Part shown: one piece after another, positions 32,778 through 41,300 of the stretch | Numbering within the stretch: position 1 is the first letter of the stretch | Layout of the letters: each line of letters begins with the position of its first letter | The notes under the pieces: model-generated | The model's database searches: none | Told to the model about the DNA's origin: nothing | Seen by the model: only the letters and a program-made list of their open reading frames with translations | Program-made: the position numbers and the translations under genes | Assembly (NCBI GenBank): GCA_963727625.1 | Contig: CAVSHR010000004.1 | Location: 1,582,780-1,646,779, forward strand | Length of the DNA stretch: 64,000 bases | Direction of reading: 5' to 3' | From: an uncultured delta proteobacterium | GTDB lineage: Bacteria > Desulfobacterota > Binatia > UBA9968

Positions 32778-34343
32778 ATGCAATCGAGCAATGCAAACAA
32801 TCTGGAGGAATCCGCCAACAGCGCCAGCCGAGAACACCTACAAAAACTTCGCACCGTGATTAACATCTGCCGGCGCATGAGCGCGATGACCGATCTGGCG
32901 TCGCTCCAAGCCCTGATCATCCGCGATGCCAAGAAACTCTTGCAGGCGGAAAGGGTCAGCGTTTTCCTTTTTGACCGCGAGAATTGCGAACTTTGGTCGG
33001 CGATTTCCCAGGAAGGCAAGATCATGCGCTTCGACGCCCGGCTCGGTATCGCCGGCGCCGTCGCCATGTCGGGTCAGCCAATCAATGTCGCGGATGCCTA
33101 CGAGCATCCGCTGTTTTATAAAGAAGTCGACATTGAAACCGGCTACCGTACCCGTACGCTTCTCGCCGTGCCGCTGCATAGCCTCGATGGCGCGGTGATC
33201 GGCGTCGGTGAAGCGAGCAACAAAGTCAACGGCGTTTTTACCGATCAAGATGCCGAAATTTTGGCTACCGTGGCGGCACAGCTCGCCGACATTATTGAAA
33301 ACTCGCCCATTGCAACGGAGCTGAAAGCGCAAAAACCCAAACCCAACCGCTACCCGGCGGCCCAAATCATTAACGGCTTTTCGACGCAATACATCGTCGG
33401 CATGAGTGATCGCATTCAATCGATCATCAGGCTTATCGACCAAATCCGGCCGAGCTCAGTGGATGTCCTGATTCAAGGCGAAAGCGGCACCGGCAAAGAG
33501 TTGATCGCCAAAGCCTTGCATTCCAACAGTCGGCGCGCAAAGCAGCCTTTTGTCGCGGTGAACTGCGCTGCCCTGCCGGACAACCTCGTCGAGACCGAGC
33601 TCTTCGGCATCGAAAAAGGGGTTGCGACCGGCGTCGATCGGCGCCTCGGCAAATTTGAGACCGCGCAGGGCGGCACCCTATTCCTCGACGAGATCGGCGA
33701 TCTTAGCCTTTCAACTCAAGCAAAAATCCTGCGCGTATTGCAAGAGCGCTCGATTGACCGCGTTGGCGGCCGCAATCCGGTGCCGATCGACGTGCGCATC
33801 ATCGCCGCGACCAATCGTGACTTGGAATTCTGCATGCGCGATAAGCAATTCCGCGACGATTTGTACTACCGGTTGAGCGTAGTGCGTATCCAAACTCCGG
33901 CATTGCGCGATATTGCTGAGGATATTCCGATACTCGCCAACTATTTTTTGCACAAACAGTGCGCCGCCATGGCCGTCGAACCCAAGCACTTCGCACCCGA
34001 AGCGATGGATCGCTTGGCGCGTTACGATTGGCCGGGAAACGCCCGGCAGCTGGAAAACGAAGTTAAACGCCTGCTGGCCTCCGTGCGGGAAAAGACGATC
34101 ATGGAAGATCACTTAGCGATCAAGCCTAATCGGGAAATCGCCGTAGAGCCGGAAGCCCCTCGGTCTTCGGCCGAGGAATCGCTCCACGATACCGTCGAGG
34201 CGCTCGAGCGGCGGATGATTCAAGACGCTTTAATTGCCTGCGGCGGCAACAAGCTCAAGACGGCGCAGCGTCTCGGTCTGAGCCGGCAGGGCCTGTTTAA
34301 AAAGCTCAAGAAACTCGGCGTGCCCACACGTGAATTAAAATGA
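32778..34343 (+). CDS. Sigma54 activator with N-terminal PDE/CyaB-type GAF domain
   Basis: GAF: GIAG..INVADAY..F..EVD..TGYRT..LAVPL..NK..FT..D; AAA: GESGTGKE, GVATGV, FLDEIG, WPGNARQL; Fis-type HTH. Confidence 0.9.
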   Translation: MQSSNANNLEESANSASREHLQKLRTVINICRRMSAMTDLASLQALIIRDAKKLLQAERVSVFLFDRENCELWSAISQEGKIMRFDARLGIAGAVAMSGQPINVADAYEHPLFYKEVDIETGYRTRTLLAVPLHSLDGAVIGVGEASNKVNGVFTDQDAEILATVAAQLADIIENSPIATELKAQKPKPNRYPAAQIINGFSTQYIVGMSDRIQSIIRLIDQIRPSSVDVLIQGESGTGKELIAKALHSNSRRAKQPFVAVNCAALPDNLVETELFGIEKGVATGVDRRLGKFETAQGGTLFLDEIGDLSLSTQAKILRVLQERSIDRVGGRNPVPIDVRIIAATNRDLEFCMRDKQFRDDLYYRLSVVRIQTPALRDIAEDIPILANYFLHKQCAAMAVEPKHFAPEAMDRLARYDWPGNARQLENEVKRLLASVREKTIMEDHLAIKPNREIAVEPEAPRSSAEESLHDTVEALERRMIQDALIACGGNKLKTAQRLGLSRQGLFKKLKKLGVPTRELK

Positions 34344-34453
34344 AAAGACTTCTAACCACAAAATCGGCCGAAACCCGATGCCGGAGCGTCACCGCGAATC
34401 GGCCGCATCGCCGTTAATCCGCACCGGCGAAGAGCGCGAATCCTCTGATCGTC

Positions 34454-34684
34454 TTATTTCATCTTGTTGAAAATGCCCTTGGCCGCTTGTTGGAGCAGCG
34501 GGTTTCGCACGATCACCTTCGAGATCGCGCTGCGCAGCTTGGCCTCGCTACTTTTGGCTTTTGAAGCCTTCTTCTGGGCGTTGACCGCCGCCTGCAAGTC
34601 TTTGTTCTGCTTGATCAACGCGCGAATCGCCTTGCGCATCTTGGCGGCTTTCGCTTCCGATAGTTTCGGTCCGCTTTTGCCCAT
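34454..34684 (-). CDS. Small basic Lys/Ala-rich protein (76 aa)
   Basis: SD GGAGG; last gene of the NRPS-strand run; internal two-fold repeat. Confidence 0.7.
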   Translation of the reverse strand: MGKSGPKLSEAKAAKMRKAIRALIKQNKDLQAAVNAQKKASKAKSSEAKLRSAISKVIVRNPLLQQAAKGIFNKMK

Positions 34685-34742
34685 GCAACACCTCCGTGTG
34701 ATTGTCAAAGTTTTCCTGCGCTAGTCACGCTCCGGTTCCCTG

Positions 34743-36527
34743 TCAAGAATTATTTCCGCACTGCGCGGCGATCGCCGAATCGTCAGTGCGGTCGCTGACT
34801 TTGAGTTTTTGCAGTTTCATTTTTATTTTTGCATCGCTGCGAAATCGCGTCGGTTTCGATGACATCTTGATGAAATCTTCCAGCAGGCTTGCGAACCGCT
34901 TGCTCCAACTCGATGGATCGGAGCCCTCGTAAAGATTGGCGATGCTCACGTCATGGCCCAAACCGCGGAATTCGAGCAACACGCGGCTGCCGTCCTTCAG
35001 TCCGTAGGTCAAAAAGTCCTCGGCCTGGCAACCTGCAACAACCGTGTCGCGGCTTCCTTTAATCAGCAGCGTCGGCACTTCATGGCGATAATCCGCGGGA
35101 TTCCATGGGCAGATTTTTTCATCCTCGACAATACCGATTTTTTTAGCCTGGTCCCGGCCGAATTTCTTGGCGTCGCCCGATTGATTCGCGAATCTCTCGA
35201 GATCTTTCCCGTAAAAGCAGCCCTTCGCGCCCATCATCACCGATATCCAGCGAGCCACGCCGTCGTACACGCCGAATACATAACTGCCCCGGCGCGACTC
35301 TCGCCCGCCAAGCCGGGCCCGCAGCTCTTCCTTAGCAGCCTTGAACCGCTCGCAATATTCGCATTCCGAATCCGTGCCGCCGAAGAGCCCGCTCTTTACG
35401 GTGCAGCGGCCGGGATTGTCCGAAATCAGATAATAGGCAATCACCAACGCCGCGTTAATCCGATTGCGGCTGTCCGCGACGAAAACCAGTGCGTTTTTCT
35501 CCGGCGCACCGGCCATTTGCAGGTAGCGCACGGCGGCAAAAAATTCTATGGGGAATTGTCCGAACGCGGCTCGAAAGCGCTTGTCATCCTTCTTCAACTG
35601 GGCATAGTTGTCAACGACAAAATCGGCGGAGCCGTAGTTTTCGTCGATCTGAGGCAGGATTTTTTCCAGTCGCTGGGCGATCTTGTCGGCGGCTTCCGTT
35701 TTCAAAAAGCAAAAATTGTCGCTCGGCCCCAGCCGGTTATCGAAAATCGTAATTTGCGGATCGGCATAATCGGTGACCAATCTTTTCAAGAACGAAGCGG
35801 AAGCGCAGGTGCAATCGGTGGCGCCTTGCGTGCGGTAATAACTAATAATCGCTTTGAGATTATCGATAGTCATACGGGTGCGCGCCTCGTGAGTGTCGGT
35901 CCGGTGGCGATCCACCGGCCCCGACAAGATCAAGCTCGTCACTTTGGGATTGGCATCGTTGGGCTTGCCATACCTGGCCGCGTAGCGCTGCGCGATCACC
36001 GTGCCCCAACTATGCGCATAGATCGCATCCCAAGCCCTCCCCTTCAGCACCTCTTGGCGCAGCCGCTCGATGTCTTCGACGACGTAATCGGCGCGCAAAA
36101 ACTGATCGTACACCTTGCTGCCGTCGATCGCGCTTGCCGCCATGCCGCGCGGGTGAAAGTAAACCACGTTGTGCTTTTTCTCCAAAAGCCGCAGCGCCGA
36201 GGTCCTGCTGCCGGTATCGACGATCGCACCCGGACCGCCGGGAATAAAGAGAATGTTCAGTCGTTGTTTCTTGCTCAAGTCGAAACCATCGGCAAGAAAG
36301 TAAGCGAGGTCGAATTGGCAAGCTGCCGGTTTTTCGCTGCAATGCAAGCCGGCCGGATAAGTTTTACCTGGAGGCAATAACGGCAATCGGAGCGACGCGC
36401 CTTCCGCGTCACCGGGCTCGCCCATTTCTTTGGGCGTCCACTTCTCGCCGGAGACTTCGCCGGCGGGCGCCGCTTGCGTCCAAACAACAACGAATAGACA
36501 GCCGATTCCGATCAGGATGTGCTTCAT
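34743..36527 (-). CDS. Secreted alpha/beta hydrolase (peptidase S33/TAP-like)
   Basis: Signal peptide, PGGPG, HPRG, AHSWG (Ser), GSRD (Asp), GLGH (His). Confidence 0.8.
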   Translation of the reverse strand: MKHILIGIGCLFVVVWTQAAPAGEVSGEKWTPKEMGEPGDAEGASLRLPLLPPGKTYPAGLHCSEKPAACQFDLAYFLADGFDLSKKQRLNILFIPGGPGAIVDTGSRTSALRLLEKKHNVVYFHPRGMAASAIDGSKVYDQFLRADYVVEDIERLRQEVLKGRAWDAIYAHSWGTVIAQRYAARYGKPNDANPKVTSLILSGPVDRHRTDTHEARTRMTIDNLKAIISYYRTQGATDCTCASASFLKRLVTDYADPQITIFDNRLGPSDNFCFLKTEAADKIAQRLEKILPQIDENYGSADFVVDNYAQLKKDDKRFRAAFGQFPIEFFAAVRYLQMAGAPEKNALVFVADSRNRINAALVIAYYLISDNPGRCTVKSGLFGGTDSECEYCERFKAAKEELRARLGGRESRRGSYVFGVYDGVARWISVMMGAKGCFYGKDLERFANQSGDAKKFGRDQAKKIGIVEDEKICPWNPADYRHEVPTLLIKGSRDTVVAGCQAEDFLTYGLKDGSRVLLEFRGLGHDVSIANLYEGSDPSSWSKRFASLLEDFIKMSSKPTRFRSDAKIKMKLQKLKVSDRTDDSAIAAQCGNNS

Positions 36528-36545
36528 AGGCTCCAATCCATTTTG

Positions 36546-39500
36546 CTATGTCAGCGCGATATCGGCGATGCGCTGCTCACGATCCGTAACCATCCGCGCC
36601 AAGATCGCCGAATAGTTCTTTAACAGCCGTGCGATCCCGGCAGAATCGAATAGATCAGTCTTGTAGTTGACAGCTCCCGTCAACTTCGCTGACAGCTCGC
36701 GTAAATGAAAGTTGACATCCAGCCGCGAAATCCCGATGCCGGGGTCACTTAAGCGGTTGTTGTCGTTCCAAGAAGCAATTGTAAGACCATTCACCTGCTT
36801 ACTCGCTGTCGATTGGTTTCGGTAATTAAGCATTACCTGATAGAGCGGCGCGCTGGTTTTTTTCCGCCGCCTTTCAAGCAGCGTTTCGAGATATTCGAAG
36901 GGCAACTCTTGATGGGCATACGCGGCGATACAGCACTCCCGCACGGCCCGAATTAACTCGGCAAACGTCATCTTCCCCTCAACCGCCGTGCGCAGCACCA
37001 GCGCGTTGACGAAGTAGCCGATCAGCCCTTCGGTTCCAGCGAGCCCTCGGTTAGCCGATAGCGTGCCGATCGAAATGTCCTTTTGCCCCGTGTAATGATG
37101 GATGAGAGCGCTCAGGGCCGCGACGAAGATCATGAAAGGCGTGCAGTTCTGCTCGCGGGCGAATGACTTTACCCGGCTGAATAGTTCGGCGTCAAACTCC
37201 ACCGGCCGCCGCGAGCTATGGTAACGCGGAGGGGTTTTGCTCTTGCTCCGGCGAAATTCGAGCGCGGGACCGAGCCCGTCGAGCTGCTTTTTCCAGTAGG
37301 AAATCTGCGGCTCGAAATGCCCTTTGCTGAGCGACGCCCTCTGCCAGCGCGCAAAGTCGGAATGTTGGATCTCCGGCTCGGGCAAAGGCGACGGTCGGTC
37401 TTTTGAGAACGCGTCGTAAAGCGCGGTCAGTTCGCGGCGAAACACTCCCATCGACCACTGGTCCGTAATCAGGTGATGCATGGTCAATAGTAAGACATGC
37501 CGCTCGGCGGCGAGGCGAACCAGCTTGACTCTTATGAGCGGCGGCTCCTCCACGTCGAAGCTTTGTGTCGCATCCTGCTTTGAGATCCGCTCCAGTGTAA
37601 GGTCTCGCTCCGCCGCCGGTAGCCGTGTCAAATCGATGAGAGGAAACTTCACCCGTAGCCTTTGACGAATGAATTGCCTGGCTCCGTTTTCGGTCTCTCT
37701 AAAGCCCGTGCGCAGCGCGGCATGGCGTCCAACGATCTCGGCGAGCACTCGCTGTAATGCCGGCAGGTTTAAAGAACCGCTGAGCCGATAGGCGTAGGGC
37801 ATGTTGAGGAAATCGCCGCCGCCGAACAATTGACTAAAGAGAAATAGCGGCTCCTGGCTCAAGGACAACGGCAGCCCGCCCCGCCGCGGCGCCGGTTTGA
37901 TCGGCAATAGCTCCACACCGTCGCCGTTGTGAAACATTTTTTCCACCGTCGCCGCGAAACCGGCCACCGTGGGCGCTTCGAAGAGATCGCGCACCGGCAC
38001 CGGCCGGCCCAGGGCGTCGCGCAGCCTGGCCGCGACTTCGGCGGCCAACAGCGAATGGCCGCCAAGCTCGAAAAAATTATCGTGAACGCCGATCGCCTCG
38101 ACCCCTAAGACTTTCTCCCATACCTGTGCCACAAGGCCTTCTAATTCCGTGCGCCGCTTGGAAAGAGTAGCGGCGGCGATCGGCGCAGCGGGCGCCGGCA
38201 ACGCGCCCCGATCGATTTTGCCATTGGGCAACAGCGGCAGGGCATCGAGAAAGACGAAACCTGCTGGAAGCATAAAATCCGGCAATCGCTCTTTCAGAAA
38301 AGTTCGGAGCTCGCGTGCAGCCGGCGGGCATTCGCGTGCCACGACATAGGCAACGATGAATGGCTCAGATTTTGGATTATCGGATTTCCGTCGCTTCCCT
38401 AAATGCACAACCACGGAGCATTCGCGCACATCTGGATGTCGGCTGAGAGCGAATTCGACTTCGCCGAGCTCGACCCGGCAACCGCGGATCTTGACCTGCT
38501 GATCGAGACGGCCCAAAAACTCGATGTTGCCGTCGGCACAGTAGCGCGCCAGGTCGCCGGTGCGATACAGGCGCACACCGGCCCTTGCGGGAAAAGGATC
38601 GGCGATGAACCGATTCGCGGTCAACTCCGGACGAGCGTGATAGCCGCGCGCGAGATTTTCGCCGCCGACGTAGAGTTCGCCGCGCACCCCCACGGGCACC
38701 GGCTGCATCTGATCGTCGAGGAGATAAATCTGCGTATTATCGATGGGCCGGCCGATCGGAACCGCAGCATCGCAATGGTCATCGCCGACTTCGTAATAAG
38801 TCGCGTCCCCGGCCACCTCGGAAGAGCCGTACAGATTGATCAACCGGCAAAAGGGCAAGCTCTCACAAAACTTCCGAGCGATTTCAGTCGACAGCGTTTC
38901 GCCGCTGCTGAAACAATAGTTAAGAGCACGCAATTGCTTCGGCGCATCGCGGCAGTGTTCGAGCATTTCTTTCAAGAATGATGGAACCAACACCAGCCGT
39001 GTTACCCCGCACTCGGATAAATAATTGACGAAAAGCTGGGGATCTTTCGCGGCTGAATCGGGAACGATCGCCGTCGGGACGCCCTGCAGCAAGGCACCGA
39101 AGATCTCCCAAACCGAATCAACAAAGCTCAGCGAAGTCTTTTGGCAGCTCTTTTCGCCCGTGCCGAACGGGTAGCGCCGCCACATCCAGGCGAAACGATT
39201 GAGCACACCGCGATGGGGTGCGACAACACCCTTCGGTGTCCCCGTCGAACCTGAGGTGTAGATGACACACATGGCGTTTTCGGCGCGAGCCTGTTTCTTG
39301 AGATTGGCCGCGGCGCCGGACCGGTCGCGCAGCAACTGCTCGATCGACACTTTTTTACCGATGAAATCTGCAATTCGACCGGCGTATTTTTCCTGGGTCA
39401 ACAAAACTGCAGCTCGGCTGTCGGCCAACATGAACCTGAGACGCTCTTCCGGGTAAGCCGGATCCAACGGCAGATAGGCGCCGCCGGCCTTGAGAATCGC

Positions 39501-41300
39501 CAACAACGCGACAACCGTTTCCATGGACCGATCAGCCATCACGCCGACGAGCTGTTCGGCAGCCACGCCGAGGGTTCGAAGCTCGCGGGCCAATCGGTTC
39601 GCCCGGGAGTTAAGCTCCCGATAGGTCAATTTCTCGCCAGCGCATTCCAGCGCGACTCGCTCCGGCGTGCGCACCGCCTGGGCTTCGAATAGTTCATGGA
39701 TACACGAGTCTTTGGGAAATTCCGCCGCCCCGTCGTTCCACTCGACGAGCAACTGCGCGCGCTCCGCTTCCGAGAGCAGCGGCAACGCGGCAATCGAGCG
39801 CTCAGGATCGGCGACGATACCCTCGAGCAAAGTTTGGAAATGGCCCGTCACCCGTTCGATCGTCGCGCGCTCGAAGAGCTCGGTCGAGTATTCGACAAAG
39901 CCGATTAACCGGCGGCGCCGCTCGCGCAGGTAAAGCGACAAGTCGAACTGCGCCGTTCCGCTGTCGATCTCACACGAGTGCAATGTCAAGCCGGCCGGCT
40001 GGATTGACCGGACCGGGGTATTCTGCAAAACGAACATGACCTGAAACAGCGGCTGGCGGTTGAGCTCGCGCCGCGGCGCCAACTCTTGCACCAACATTTC
40101 GAAGGGCACCGCCTGATGCGCGAAGGCGCCGAGACAAACTTCGCGCGCGCGGCCGAGCAACCGGCGAAAGCTCGGCGCGCCGGTCAAATCCAGGCGCAAC
40201 GCCAGGGTGTTGACGAACAGGCCGACAACGCCTTCAAGCACGCTCGCCTTCCGGTCGGCCGCCGGCGCGCCGACGACGACATCGTCTTGCCCGGAGTAGC
40301 GGCTGAGCAGCACCTGAAACGCCGCGAGCAGCGTCATGAACAGAGTCGCGCCCTCGCGCCGGCTCAGCTCGTTGAGCCTCACGGTCAATGCTTCGCTCAG
40401 AGCAAATTCGATTTTTGCCCCGGCAAAACTCGGCGTCATCGGACGCGGACGGTCCGTGGGCAGGTCGAGCAGCGGCGCCTCGGTCAGCCGTTCGCGCCAA
40501 TAGTCGAGCTGAGGTTTGAGCCCGTCATCCTGCAACCGGGCGCACTGCCAAGCGGCGTAATCGCGATAACGGCAGGTAAGCTCGGGGAGCCGCGGTGTCT
40601 GAGTGGAACAAAAATTTTCGTAGAGCGTCCAGAGCTCGCGCGTGAGGACGCCCATCGACCAAGCGTCAACGACCAGGTGGTGGGTTAAAAGCGCTAGGAT
40701 ATGCTCTGCGTCGCCGAGACGGAGCAAACGGATGCGCAGCAACCGGCCGTCACTAAGAGCGAAAGGTTCTTGCACGGCTTCGCGAATCAGACGCGCCGCT
40801 TCGACTTCCCGAGCGGCCTTTGCAAGCGGCCGGAGATCCACTGGGTGGAGCGACAATGCCGTAAACGGCTGAACCCTCTGAAACGGCCGTCCGTCGACGG
40901 CGCTGAACTCCGTGCGCAGTGCTTCGTGGCGCCGCGCGAGTTCATTGATACCGGACTGCAATGCGGCAGGACGGAACGGCCCAAGAATGCGCGTTGCCCG
41001 GCAAAGATTGAACACCCCGCAACCCGGCGCCAATTGCTCCAGGAACCACAATCGCTCCTGAGCGAACGACAAGGGCGCGGGCTGATCGTCGGCGAGCCGA
41101 GGAATCGACGGCTCGCCGCCATTGGATTCGGCATTGCAATTGTTCAGTAGCGAGAGGATGACGTCTTTTTGTTCGGCAATCTGGCCGCGAAGCTCGGCAG
41201 TGAGCCGGCCCTTGGGCGCATTGACCCGCAGCCGCTCGCCGTCGGCAACGAGCCGCACATCGAGTGCCTGGAGCCGGTCCATCAATTCGCTGGCGTTTAT
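36546..41300 (-). CDS. NRPS 2: TubC-N docking domain-C-A-T-C(terminal)
   Basis: LRVNAPKG..L (TubC_N-like), HHLVVDAWS, YTSGSTGTPKG, LGGHSL, HHLITDQWS; start ATA 41300, TTG 41285 or ATG 41282. Confidence 0.93.
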   Translation of the reverse strand: MNASELMDRLQALDVRLVADGERLRVNAPKGRLTAELRGQIAEQKDVILSLLNNCNAESNGGEPSIPRLADDQPAPLSFAQERLWFLEQLAPGCGVFNLCRATRILGPFRPAALQSGINELARRHEALRTEFSAVDGRPFQRVQPFTALSLHPVDLRPLAKAAREVEAARLIREAVQEPFALSDGRLLRIRLLRLGDAEHILALLTHHLVVDAWSMGVLTRELWTLYENFCSTQTPRLPELTCRYRDYAAWQCARLQDDGLKPQLDYWRERLTEAPLLDLPTDRPRPMTPSFAGAKIEFALSEALTVRLNELSRREGATLFMTLLAAFQVLLSRYSGQDDVVVGAPAADRKASVLEGVVGLFVNTLALRLDLTGAPSFRRLLGRAREVCLGAFAHQAVPFEMLVQELAPRRELNRQPLFQVMFVLQNTPVRSIQPAGLTLHSCEIDSGTAQFDLSLYLRERRRRLIGFVEYSTELFERATIERVTGHFQTLLEGIVADPERSIAALPLLSEAERAQLLVEWNDGAAEFPKDSCIHELFEAQAVRTPERVALECAGEKLTYRELNSRANRLARELRTLGVAAEQLVGVMADRSMETVVALLAILKAGGAYLPLDPAYPEERLRFMLADSRAAVLLTQEKYAGRIADFIGKKVSIEQLLRDRSGAAANLKKQARAENAMCVIYTSGSTGTPKGVVAPHRGVLNRFAWMWRRYPFGTGEKSCQKTSLSFVDSVWEIFGALLQGVPTAIVPDSAAKDPQLFVNYLSECGVTRLVLVPSFLKEMLEHCRDAPKQLRALNYCFSSGETLSTEIARKFCESLPFCRLINLYGSSEVAGDATYYEVGDDHCDAAVPIGRPIDNTQIYLLDDQMQPVPVGVRGELYVGGENLARGYHARPELTANRFIADPFPARAGVRLYRTGDLARYCADGNIEFLGRLDQQVKIRGCRVELGEVEFALSRHPDVRECSVVVHLGKRRKSDNPKSEPFIVAYVVARECPPAARELRTFLKERLPDFMLPAGFVFLDALPLLPNGKIDRGALPAPAAPIAAATLSKRRTELEGLVAQVWEKVLGVEAIGVHDNFFELGGHSLLAAEVAARLRDALGRPVPVRDLFEAPTVAGFAATVEKMFHNGDGVELLPIKPAPRRGGLPLSLSQEPLFLFSQLFGGGDFLNMPYAYRLSGSLNLPALQRVLAEIVGRHAALRTGFRETENGARQFIRQRLRVKFPLIDLTRLPAAERDLTLERISKQDATQSFDVEEPPLIRVKLVRLAAERHVLLLTMHHLITDQWSMGVFRRELTALYDAFSKDRPSPLPEPEIQHSDFARWQRASLSKGHFEPQISYWKKQLDGLGPALEFRRSKSKTPPRYHSSRRPVEFDAELFSRVKSFAREQNCTPFMIFVAALSALIHHYTGQKDISIGTLSANRGLAGTEGLIGYFVNALVLRTAVEGKMTFAELIRAVRECCIAAYAHQELPFEYLETLLERRRKKTSAPLYQVMLNYRNQSTASKQVNGLTIASWNDNNRLSDPGIGISRLDVNFHLRELSAKLTGAVNYKTDLFDSAGIARLLKNYSAILARMVTDREQRIADIALT

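Noticed and set aside
34953-36380. 475-aa plus-strand ORF and similar long antisense ORFs (26886..27815, 29373..30308, 48347..49330, 56015..57088)
   Set aside because: Shadows of well-supported opposite-strand genes, expected in GC-rich DNA
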